From NCBI GenBank assembly GCA_964354685.1, contig CAYHAM010000005.1:9942-73941 (forward strand): a stretch of DNA of 64,000 nt. Reading direction: 5' to 3'. The notes beneath the pieces were generated by a model, which ran no database searches, was not told the origin of the DNA, and saw nothing but the letters and a program-made list of their open reading frames with translations. Positions 19,914-27,990 of the stretch are shown here, piece by piece. The translations under genes were made by a program, and so were the position numbers. The DNA comes from an uncultured Methanosarcinales archaeon (GTDB taxonomy: Archaea > Nanobdellota > Nanobdellia > Woesearchaeales > JAGVZT01). The first letter of the stretch is position 1, and every line of letters starts with the position of its first letter.

Positions 19914-20909
19914 ATGGCTGTTGGTGTAGAGGCTGATTTTGAAAAAAAGGTGAAGGATTATAAAAGTTATATTCTCAAGATAGAGAAAGAGATATCAAAG
20001 GTTGTTATTGGCCAGCATGATGTTGTAAGGGGTTTTCTGAGGGCGATGATTTGTAATGGTCATGTGCTTGTTGAGGGTGTGCCTGGAATTGGGAAGACAT
20101 TGCTTGTTAACACACTGTCAACAATAACTGGGTGCAAGTTTTCAAGAATTCAGTTTACACCAGATTTGTTGCCATCTGACATTGTTGGTTTGACAAGCTA
20201 TCAAAGGGAGGAGGGTTTTTACACAATAAAAGGACCAATATTCTCAAACTTTGTGCTAGCAGACGAGATTAACAGAGCCCCTCCCAAGGTTCAGAGTGCG
20301 CTGCTTGAGGCAATGCAGGAGCGTCAGGCAACTATTGGTAAAGAAACTTTTGAGATAACTCCTCCTTTTTTTGTTCTTGCAACTCAAAACCCAATTGAGC
20401 ATGCTGGTACTTACCCATTGCCAGAGGCACAGATTGATAGGTTCTTGTTTAAGATGTTGATGGGCTATCCTACAATAGAGGAGGAACAGAATATACTAAC
20501 AACAAATATACAGATAAAGAAATTCAATGAGTATGATCTAAATAAGATAATATCTCCAGAAGAAATAATAAGGATGCAACGTGAGATGCAGAAGGTTTAT
20601 CTTGATCCTAAGCTTGAAAAGTATATTGTTGCCTTGGTTGATTGTACAAGGCATCCAGACAAGTACAAGTTAAAGTTGAGCAAATATATTGAATATGGTT
20701 CATCACCAAGGGCTTCTATTGGTTTGTACATTGGATCAAAGGCAGAGGCTTTGATGAATGCCAAGGCCTTTGTTACACCACAGGACATTAAGAAGATAGC
20801 AAAAGATGTGCTAAGGCATAGGATAATTCTCAACTATGAGGGGCAGGCTGAGGGCATTTCCGCTGATCAGATTATAGAAGAGATCCTTGCTAGGGTTCCG
20901 GTGCCGTAA
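19914..20909 (+). CDS. moxR: MoxR family AAA+ ATPase
   Basis: GHVLVEGVPGIGKT, RIQFTPDLLPSD, LADEINRAPPKVQSALLEAMQE, ATQNPIE, YPLPEAQIDRF. Confidence 0.95.
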   Translation: MAVGVEADFEKKVKDYKSYILKIEKEISKVVIGQHDVVRGFLRAMICNGHVLVEGVPGIGKTLLVNTLSTITGCKFSRIQFTPDLLPSDIVGLTSYQREEGFYTIKGPIFSNFVLADEINRAPPKVQSALLEAMQERQATIGKETFEITPPFFVLATQNPIEHAGTYPLPEAQIDRFLFKMLMGYPTIEEEQNILTTNIQIKKFNEYDLNKIISPEEIIRMQREMQKVYLDPKLEKYIVALVDCTRHPDKYKLKLSKYIEYGSSPRASIGLYIGSKAEALMNAKAFVTPQDIKKIAKDVLRHRIILNYEGQAEGISADQIIEEILARVPVP

Positions 20910-21806
20910 ATGAGAGTTAAGGAGTTGAGGCTTAATCTGAAGCCTTTGATCAAGAAGTTAGAAATTGGGCTAAAGAGGGGCCAAAGTGAAGAAACATTGA
21001 CATCTAGTTTTAAGAGTGTTTTCAAGGGCCGAGGGCTTGAGTTCGAGGGTTTTAGGGTTTATACAGCTGATGATGATGCAAAGGAGATTGATTGGAAGGC
21101 TTCTTTGAGGGCACAAGAGCTTTTGATCAGGGTTCTAACAGAAGAGCGAAATATTCATGTTTTTTTTCTTCTAGATGTGAGTGATAGTATGATATTTTCA
21201 TCCACTGATAAGTTAAAGTGTGAGTATGCAGCTGAGTTTATAGCAACCCTTGCCTATGGTGTTATTGAGGCTGGTGATAGTGTTGGGCTCTGCATATTTA
21301 ATGATAAGGTTGTTCAGCTAATTCAAGGAAATATTGGGATGAATCAGTTTTACAAGGTTACAAAGAATCTGAGTGATCCTAAGCACTATGGAGGTGGCTT
21401 TGATTTGAATTTTATTTTGAAGTATGCCACTAGTTTTTTGAAGAGGAACACAGTGGTTTTCATTGTGTCTGATTTCATTGGATTGAAGCCTGGTTGGAAG
21501 CAGCACTTGGAGATAATGTCAAAGAAGTTTGAGTTGGTTGGGATTATGATTAGGGATCCTCGGGATAATAAGTTGCCAAAGGATGCTGGGCAGTTTGTGC
21601 TGGGTGATCCCTATTCAAACGCAGACATTCTTGTAGACGTGAAACTAATAAAGGATAAGTATGAGGAGTATGCAAACCAGCAGATTGCAGAGGTCAAGAA
21701 TGCTTTCCAGGACTTGGGTGCAGACTTTTTGTTGGTGAATACAGATGAGAGTTTTGTTTATCCAATTCTAGAGCTTTTTAATAGGAGGAAGCAGAGATGG
21801 AGATAA
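20910..21806 (+). CDS. DUF58 (VWA-like) protein
   Basis: KGRGLEFxxFRxY..DD.K.IDWKAS, LDVSDSM, IVSDF; follows moxR. Confidence 0.9.
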   Translation: MRVKELRLNLKPLIKKLEIGLKRGQSEETLTSSFKSVFKGRGLEFEGFRVYTADDDAKEIDWKASLRAQELLIRVLTEERNIHVFFLLDVSDSMIFSSTDKLKCEYAAEFIATLAYGVIEAGDSVGLCIFNDKVVQLIQGNIGMNQFYKVTKNLSDPKHYGGGFDLNFILKYATSFLKRNTVVFIVSDFIGLKPGWKQHLEIMSKKFELVGIMIRDPRDNKLPKDAGQFVLGDPYSNADILVDVKLIKDKYEEYANQQIAEVKNAFQDLGADFLLVNTDESFVYPILELFNRRKQRWR

Positions 21807-22732
21807 CTTTTCTTAGGCCTTTGTATTTAACATTCTTGATTAGCGTACCTTTTTTTGTTGTGATGCACTTCTTGATATTGCAGCATGTGAAGAGGCGTGC
21901 ATTGAAGTTTGCCAACTTTGAGGTTATTGAGAGAGCAACTGGTGGACAAATATTGAATAAGAATGTTGTTATCTTGATCATTAGGTTGTGCGCTCTTGTT
22001 TTGTTCACTTTTTCAGCAGCTGGAACAATATTTTGGTATGAGGGGCAAACCACTAATTTTGATTATATTATAACACTTGATGCTTCGAGTAGTATGCTTG
22101 CAGACGATTTTAGTCCAAACCGTATTGAAGTAGCTAAGCAAGCTGCTATTGAATTTGTTGAGATGTTGCCTCTCCAAACCAATATTGGTATTGTTAGTTT
22201 TGCTGGAACAAGTTTTGTTGAGCAACCTCTTACTGATGATCATGGTCTTGTTAAGGACAAAATAAATGAGATTGGTGTGAAGCCTGTTGGAGGTACTGAT
22301 TTGGGAGAGGCTTTGGTAACTGCATCTAATATGCTGTTGTCAGAAGAGGATAAAGCGCGATCAATAATTCTTTTGACAGATGGACAGAGCAATGTTGGAA
22401 CAGATCCTATTTTTGGTGCAGAGTATGCGAATGAGAATCAGATAACTGTTTTTACAATAGGTATAGCGACCTTAGAAGGAGGAAAGTTTTCTAAGGTTGA
22501 GGCTATTTCAAGGCTTGATGAGGACACATTAAAACTGATTGCTCAGAACACTGGTGGAGTGTATTATAGGGCAGAGAACAGGGAAGAGCTGCAGCAGGCA
22601 TATGTGAATATTGCTGCCTCAACAAAGCAGAAGATTTCTGTTAATTTGCAATTGCCATTGTTGTTGATTGCTTTGTTCCTCTTGTTTGTTGAATGGGGTT
22701 TGATTAATACGAAGTATAGGACATTACCTTAG
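21797..22732 (+). CDS. BatA-like VWA membrane protein
   Basis: FLRP.YL N-terminal TM, MIDAS DASSSM, GTDLGEAL, LLTDG, C-terminal TM. Confidence 0.9.
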   Translation: MEITFLRPLYLTFLISVPFFVVMHFLILQHVKRRALKFANFEVIERATGGQILNKNVVILIIRLCALVLFTFSAAGTIFWYEGQTTNFDYIITLDASSSMLADDFSPNRIEVAKQAAIEFVEMLPLQTNIGIVSFAGTSFVEQPLTDDHGLVKDKINEIGVKPVGGTDLGEALVTASNMLLSEEDKARSIILLTDGQSNVGTDPIFGAEYANENQITVFTIGIATLEGGKFSKVEAISRLDEDTLKLIAQNTGGVYYRAENREELQQAYVNIAASTKQKISVNLQLPLLLIALFLLFVEWGLINTKYRTLP

Positions 22733-22797
22733 ATTCGTAGATGACCAATACTTTTCTAAATAGAATTTTTAAATACACTTAAATATTAAAAATCATT

Positions 22798-22843
22798 TTA
22801 GCGAGTTGCCAGTGCTTAATCACAATAAAGGCAACTCGTGGTT
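22798..22843 (+). repeat. Dispersed 46-bp hairpin element, copy 3
   Basis: TTAG-CGAGTTGCC-A-GTG-CTTAAT-CAC-AATAAA-GGCAACTCG-TGGTT. Confidence 0.9.
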
Positions 22844-22882
22844 CGTCAGTTACAATCTTTTTCAGGAATAAATAAAAAGAAT

Positions 22883-22929
22883 CACCACGGGGTTGCATAT
22901 AACTTGGTTGTGAACAAGCAACCCCGCGA
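22883..22929 (-). repeat. Divergent inverted variant of the hairpin element
   Basis: Minus strand reads GCGGGGTTGC-TTGTTCACAACCAAGTTATAT-GCAACCCCG-TGGTG. Confidence 0.6.
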
Positions 22930-22996
22930 GTTATTTTAATAATAATAAAATTATAGAATATCATATCAAACACGAATTATTGTTTTAATAATAAAC

Positions 22997-24142
22997 TCAG
23001 CTATCTCTAAAGTAATTTATCTGATTAACAGCATATATGAACAATCCAGAGCTCCATGCAAAGGGGTGTTCTGATTTGTATCTGGATCTTTTAACTGGTT
23101 TTCCATTTTGTTCGTATATTTCGTAGACACCATTGTGTCTTACTATGAGTTCTGCAATTTGGTTTAGTAGTTCTATAGCTTGTTTTCTCATTCCAATTTT
23201 GTTTTTTGCAACTGCATCTAAGCATCCAAGCCATAACCAGCTTAGACCATTGTGATAGTCTCCTATCCCTCCTATGTAATTGATTAGGCTAATTTTGGTA
23301 AAGGGGTATTTAGGATAATTTGTTTTAGAGGGTATGTGTTGATTTATCCTAAATTCTTGAATAGCCTTTTGGATTTTTAATTGTTGATTTTTGTTTGCAA
23401 TATCAAATAGTATGGCTAAAATGTTTCCATCTGTTGAAAAATAATCATATCCTTTCTTGTCTATCCAGTCTATGTAATAGTCCTGTTTCCAGAACAAATC
23501 ATTTATTTTTTGTTTAACATCTCTATGTAAATCTAAATAATGTTTGGAATCCTCTTTTTTTCCAATGGTTTTACACATGTCTGAAAATTCTCTTAGTGCT
23601 TCACAATGTAAAATATTTGTGTAGAGTACTTTTCCACTTTTTTTGATTGAGTCTGTCCATGCTGCGTAATGCTCTTCTTCTATTAAAAGGTCGTTATCTG
23701 TATCACGGGTTAGGTTCCATTGCATAGCCTTTTTCAGATTTGGGAAATATTTTTTTAGGAATTCTTTGTCTTTGGTTGTTTTGAGGTAGTTGTAGAATAA
23801 GATTACAAACAAAGAGTTTTGGTCAGTTGAGGTGTGGAAGAATTTGTCTTCGGTATACCTTGCTCTCATCTTCTGCACAGGTCTTATTCCGAATAATTTT
23901 AAAGCAATAAAGTAGTCACCTATTCGAAGAGGTATTTGTCCTTGTTTGTTTTGGTATTTGATGAATAATTTTAGGTTTTTTTTAACTATGTCAAAGTCTT
24001 TTAGATAAAGGGCGCCAAGGCCTGCAAAAAAACCATCTCTGGCCCAGTAATCATCAAAGTGATGGGACCCAGCTAGGATACCATCTTTAGAATAGCAACT
24101 CCTAAGGTTGTTCTTGGCAATAGCATATGCTTTTTCTATCAT
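22997..24142 (-). CDS. Six-hairpin glycoside hydrolase (amylo-alpha-1,6-glucosidase/GH100-like)
   Basis: YWARDG, GQIP, WTDS, YHNG.SWLWL, EIY, FAWSS motifs. Confidence 0.75.
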   Translation of the reverse strand: MIEKAYAIAKNNLRSCYSKDGILAGSHHFDDYWARDGFFAGLGALYLKDFDIVKKNLKLFIKYQNKQGQIPLRIGDYFIALKLFGIRPVQKMRARYTEDKFFHTSTDQNSLFVILFYNYLKTTKDKEFLKKYFPNLKKAMQWNLTRDTDNDLLIEEEHYAAWTDSIKKSGKVLYTNILHCEALREFSDMCKTIGKKEDSKHYLDLHRDVKQKINDLFWKQDYYIDWIDKKGYDYFSTDGNILAILFDIANKNQQLKIQKAIQEFRINQHIPSKTNYPKYPFTKISLINYIGGIGDYHNGLSWLWLGCLDAVAKNKIGMRKQAIELLNQIAELIVRHNGVYEIYEQNGKPVKRSRYKSEHPFAWSSGLFIYAVNQINYFRDS

Positions 24143-24145
24143 ACA

Positions 24146-24365
24146 CAGTAAAGGAAACCTCTATCTTAAGGTTGAGGTATCCTTCCTCCTTTACTTTGTC
24201 AAGAACCAAAGGTTCTTGATCATGATCAGAATTTTCCTTATTTCCCTATACGAAGTGTAAGCCACCAGTCAGAGACTGAATGGAAAATTCTGACATTTCT
24301 GGGTTTCCTTTACTGGTCGACCTCCTCCCATGGAAACCCACAACTTCAGTTGTGGGAGGAGGTCA
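24146..24365. mobile_element. Nested palindromic non-autonomous element(s) with an IS200/IS605-like end
   Basis: 14-bp inverted repeat cagtaaaggaaacc/ggtttcctttactg enclosing further hairpins; then gaaacccacaacttcagttgtgggaggaggtca; no transposase in window. Confidence 0.55.
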
Positions 24366-25373
24366 TTTGGAGTTATTGACAAAGTCTCTCCTTATTGTTC
24401 TTATGTAGCTTGTTCCATGGTAGATGTAGAATATCACACCAGAGACTATCCACATAAAGTCACGAGTTCGTACTAGTAAAGATAATGCTACAGCAACTGC
24501 TGGTGGAATACCAACAAGGATAGCTATACCGATCTGGCTGAGTTCTAATACACCGATAGATGCTGGTATGGGAAACATCATTGCAAAGCCTGTCATTGTG
24601 ACAACAAGGTATATTTGAGCAAGGGAAGCGTTATAGCCTACTATCATTAAAGCTGTTTTGAATTCCAGAATCATTAAGAACCACAGCAAGCATGATATTA
24701 TCAATGCAACCAAGAATGCTTTTTTTCTGTGATTGAAAAATCTGATTAGGTTTGTTTCTGTTTCCATTATCTTCTTTTTAAATGGTTGTAATTTTTTTAT
24801 TCTGCCCAATTTCAATTTATCAAATAAAGGGGTGAAGAAATATTCTTTATGATACATTTTGTAATAAAATACTATTCCAATAAACACAAGGATTGCAATA
24901 ATAATCGCCAGAAATACTAGTAGTAGTTTTGGTAGATCAAGTGTGTGTACAACTAAGAAGAACATAACACAAGCAAGGAAGAAGTTCATTGGTAGCTCTA
25001 CTGCCCGGTCTATTATCACTGAGGATATTGCATCTGTTAGTGGAACTTTGTGTTTTTTTAGAAAAAATGCCCTAACGGTTTCTCCACCTATATAAAAAGA
25101 GGGTATTACATAACCCACTGCATATCCCATTTGCCTGTACATGAAGAGATTGTGGAAGGGGATTTTGAATCCAAGGGCGTTTAGGATTAGTTTCCATTTT
25201 ATTATGAGTACTGTTACAAGAGTTGCTGATATCATCAAATAGAATATTATATGAGTGGGTTGGATTGTTTTAAATTGATTGATAATTGCTTGGATACCAA
25301 TAAATTTGATAGTTATTACAAAAAGGACAATACCTACTAAAAGTGATCCTAAACCAAATATTATTTTCTTCAT
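24363..25373 (-). CDS. Lysylphosphatidylglycerol synthase TM / flippase-like protein (UPF0104)
   Basis: Multi-TM; KWKLIL, PSFYIGGETVRA, SVIIDR, PIPASIGVLE. Confidence 0.85.
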   Translation of the reverse strand: MKKIIFGLGSLLVGIVLFVITIKFIGIQAIINQFKTIQPTHIIFYLMISATLVTVLIIKWKLILNALGFKIPFHNLFMYRQMGYAVGYVIPSFYIGGETVRAFFLKKHKVPLTDAISSVIIDRAVELPMNFFLACVMFFLVVHTLDLPKLLLVFLAIIIAILVFIGIVFYYKMYHKEYFFTPLFDKLKLGRIKKLQPFKKKIMETETNLIRFFNHRKKAFLVALIISCLLWFLMILEFKTALMIVGYNASLAQIYLVVTMTGFAMMFPIPASIGVLELSQIGIAILVGIPPAVAVALSLLVRTRDFMWIVSGVIFYIYHGTSYIRTIRRDFVNNSK

Positions 25374-25385
25374 TTATATCCTCAA

Positions 25386-25445
25386 ATGCCAAAAATGCTT
25401 TGCATTTTTGAGCATGCCAAAAACGGCTTTGCCGTTTTTTAGCAT
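25386..25445. repeat. Tandem double-hairpin element joined by GCATGC
   Basis: atgccaaaaatgc-ttt-gcatttttgagcat + gccaaaaacggc-ttt-gccgttttttagcat, just past the tRNA-Arg 3' end. Confidence 0.7.
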
Positions 25446-25451
25446 AATAAA

Positions 25452-25641
25452 CGAGCCTGGGGGGACTCTCGTGCTAATTAGCATTTCGAACCCCCGACCT
25501 ACAGCTTACTATGCTTCAGCTAGTTCTCTTCATACTCATTAGAGTACTACTCCGAGACTCTTCATAAGCTTAGGAGGCTTACAAAAGGTAAAATTAAGTA
25601 TTTTAACCTTTGTTGCCCTATCCAGACTAGGCTACAGGCTC
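25452..25641 (-). tRNA. tRNA-Arg(CCT) with three introns (29/30, 37/38, 59/60)
   Basis: Removing 25610-25579, 25570-25507 and 25484-25466 gives GAGCCTG..ACAGC-CT-CCT-AA-GCTGT-AGGTC-GGGGG-TTCGAAT-CCCCC-CAGGCTC-G. Confidence 0.85.
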
Positions 25642-25696
25642 AAAGCTCAGAAATAAGATAAGGTTTTAATATCTTTTGGATTTTTGTATATAAATA

Positions 25697-26656
25697 ATGT
25701 ATAAGATAAAGCAGCTGCCAGAGGATTTTTTTGTTGAGGAGATTAATAGTGTTCAACATGTCGAGTCTGGTAGTTTTACTTATTTCTTATTAACTAAGAA
25801 GAATTACACAACAGAAGATGCTATTCAGAGATTAGCAAGATATTTTAATATTAAAAGAAGGTTTTTTGGGTATGCTGGTAATAAAGATAAGAAGGCTTTT
25901 ACCAAACAGCTTTGTTCTGTTAAAGGTAAAATAAGGAATATTAAGTTAAGGGGTTTGGAGGTTGAGATTGTTGGTAGGGGTAGTAAACCAATAAGCTTGG
26001 GTGATTTAGAAGGTAATAGGTTTGAGATTGTTGTTAGAAATATTGACAGGCCACCTAATAAGATTGAGAGGGTTGTAAACCTTTTTGATAAACAAAGGTT
26101 TGGTATTAAGAAAAATAATCATTTAATAGGCAAAATTATTTTAAGGAGGGATTTTAGGAGGGCGGTTGGGCTTATAATAGAGGGCGAGAAAAAGAGAGAG
26201 ATATTAGATCATTTAAGGGACCATCCTAATGATTATGTTGGTGCCTTGAGGCTTATACCAAAGAAAATTCTGACAATGTACATCAATGCTTATCAGAGCC
26301 ATGTTTGGAATGAATGTGTAAAGGAATGTATCCAAGTAAATAAAGAGCCGGATTATTCTGTAGAGTTGCCTATTGTTGGTTTTGGTACAGAATTAAAGGA
26401 AGATAATATTGGGAAAGTGATAAAAGGTATTTTGAAAAGGGATGGATTATCATTGAAAGACTTTGTAATAAGGGAAGTTCCAGAGCTGAGTAGTGAGGGT
26501 TCTTCAAGAAAGGTTTTTGTTGAGGTAAATGATTTAAGGGTTGGTGGATTAGAGGATGATGAATTAAACAAAGGTAAGAGAAAGGTGAAGGTTTGTTTTG
26601 GCTTGCAAAAAGGGAGTTATGCTACCATAGTAATAAGGGAAATGTTTACTTTTTAA
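25697..26656 (+). CDS. truD: tRNA pseudouridine(13) synthase TruD/Pus7
   Basis: PEDFFVEE, YAGNKDKKAFTKQ, LGDLEGNRFEI, QRFG, AYQS, F.L.KGSYAT. Confidence 0.92.
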   Translation: MYKIKQLPEDFFVEEINSVQHVESGSFTYFLLTKKNYTTEDAIQRLARYFNIKRRFFGYAGNKDKKAFTKQLCSVKGKIRNIKLRGLEVEIVGRGSKPISLGDLEGNRFEIVVRNIDRPPNKIERVVNLFDKQRFGIKKNNHLIGKIILRRDFRRAVGLIIEGEKKREILDHLRDHPNDYVGALRLIPKKILTMYINAYQSHVWNECVKECIQVNKEPDYSVELPIVGFGTELKEDNIGKVIKGILKRDGLSLKDFVIREVPELSSEGSSRKVFVEVNDLRVGGLEDDELNKGKRKVKVCFGLQKGSYATIVIREMFTF

Positions 26657-26957
26657 TAATTCCTGTTTTGTTTTTGTATTTTTTTGTTTTTTCTATAAAG
26701 CAGAATTTTTCCATGAATGTGTGTTGGATTATGATTCCAATTCCCAGGCCAATGAAGAAGATTTGAAGTGGAATACTTATTTTAAAGATATAGAGTAGTA
26801 AAGCAATGAGAAAGCTGATGACACAATACATGCTGTGATGGAAGTGGTAGCCTTTAACAACAAACATCATGTTTTTGGTTTTGTGGGTGTAGATGATCAT
26901 AAGGATTAAGCCTATAATAATTGAAAGAGAAAAGATATATGGATTGATGGTTTGCAT
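26646..26957 (-). CDS. Small membrane protein
   Basis: Three TM helices; GYHFHHS and QH motifs. Confidence 0.6.
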   Translation of the reverse strand: MQTINPYIFSLSIIIGLILMIIYTHKTKNMMFVVKGYHFHHSMYCVISFLIALLLYIFKISIPLQIFFIGLGIGIIIQHTFMEKFCFIEKTKKYKNKTGIIKK

Positions 26958-26973
26958 TTTTTTAAAATGAAAA

Positions 26974-27076
26974 AGCCTCCGGAGGGAGTTGAACCCTCGA
27001 CCTGCGGATCACTTGCATAAGGGCTACAAGTTTCGGCTTTAGAAATCCGCCGCAATAGCCACTATGCTACGGAGGC
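26974..27076 (-). tRNA. tRNA-Thr(TGT) with two introns (30/31, 37/38)
   Basis: BHB CGGC-GG^A..GCCG-AA^A and CTTG/CAAG-TG^A; spliced arm GCGGA-CT-TGT-AA-TCCGC; U73. Confidence 0.85.
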
Positions 27077-27149
27077 TTAGGGTAATGGATTAAAGCCTTG
27101 TTTATATAATTTTCTATATGGTTTTTTAATTTTATTATAATAATCTACT

Positions 27150-27229
27150 TTAGCGATTTGCTAGTGTTTAACCACAATAAGGGCAAATCGTGGTGCTACT
27201 GTTTCTCTATACCCAAGGTAGAAAGAAAC
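27150..27229 (+). repeat. Hairpin element copy 4 (27150-27195) plus second hairpin
   Basis: TTAG-CGATTTGCT-A-GTG-TTTAAC-CAC-AATAAG-GGCAAATCG-TGGTG; compensatory G:C to T:A. Confidence 0.88.
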
Positions 27230-27323
27230 GACTGATAATTACACGCTTGATACTAGCATGCGGTAAATCACTCGTGAATTTAATAAAAAATTAAAATGAA
27301 GTCAACAATGATATTAAATATCT

Positions 27324-27929
27324 CTAACCAAACTTACGGTGTGGTTCCCACAAGAGCTCGCTTTCAGGTATGAACTTCTTCCTTTCTAGGAAGTTTTTGA
27401 TAACGCCTTGAAGGCGGTAAGCATCCTGTAGTAATAGCTCTTCTCTTTTTAGCATGTCTTCTTTAAATATTCTCTTTTGAAAGAAGGTGTTGAAGTGTTT
27501 TAATATTGGGTGCTTTGCCCACCTATCTTTGTAGTCATATTCTATCCAGGGTTTTATTGATATTGTTATTTCTCCATGTTGTGCCTTGTATTTTTCTCCC
27601 TCATGCATGACCTCAACATCTCTTGAACCTAACATCATAAAGTTAACGTTCATAAAATAGCGATAGTAACTGTTGCCTGTTGGCTTTTGCAGCCTCCACC
27701 ACACCCACAGCTTTTTATTACCAGGTGCGTGGTTGTCATATAATAAGGTTTCCTCGTACTCATCAGTTGTTGTTTCTTCCCAAGGGCCATTGCAGGGAAT
27801 CCAGCCCTCCTCGCGCCACCACGAGTGCATTGCAATGTAAAGGCTCTTTAAGTGAAAGACCTCTTGGTAAATCAGAACAAGATAATTGTGGGATTCTGGT
27901 TGAACATATATTCGGTTGTGATGGCTCAT
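27324..27929 (-). CDS. Hypothetical protein
   Basis: 201-aa ORF with globular composition and upstream TATA-like box. Confidence 0.65.
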   Translation of the reverse strand: MSHHNRIYVQPESHNYLVLIYQEVFHLKSLYIAMHSWWREEGWIPCNGPWEETTTDEYEETLLYDNHAPGNKKLWVWWRLQKPTGNSYYRYFMNVNFMMLGSRDVEVMHEGEKYKAQHGEITISIKPWIEYDYKDRWAKHPILKHFNTFFQKRIFKEDMLKREELLLQDAYRLQGVIKNFLERKKFIPESELLWEPHRKFG

Positions 27930-27990
27930 ATTAGTCTTTTTTTTTGATTACACATATATAAATTTTTCGTATATCAGTATATATATCCCA

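Noticed and set aside
19914..20909. Complete CUG-to-Ser genetic code change
   Set aside because: CTG encodes conserved Leu positions in MoxR (20115, 20301) and aligns with CTA in pilin paralogs.
26974..27076. tRNA-Arg(TCT) with a single intron
   Set aside because: Two BHB motifs and acceptor identity support Thr(TGT).
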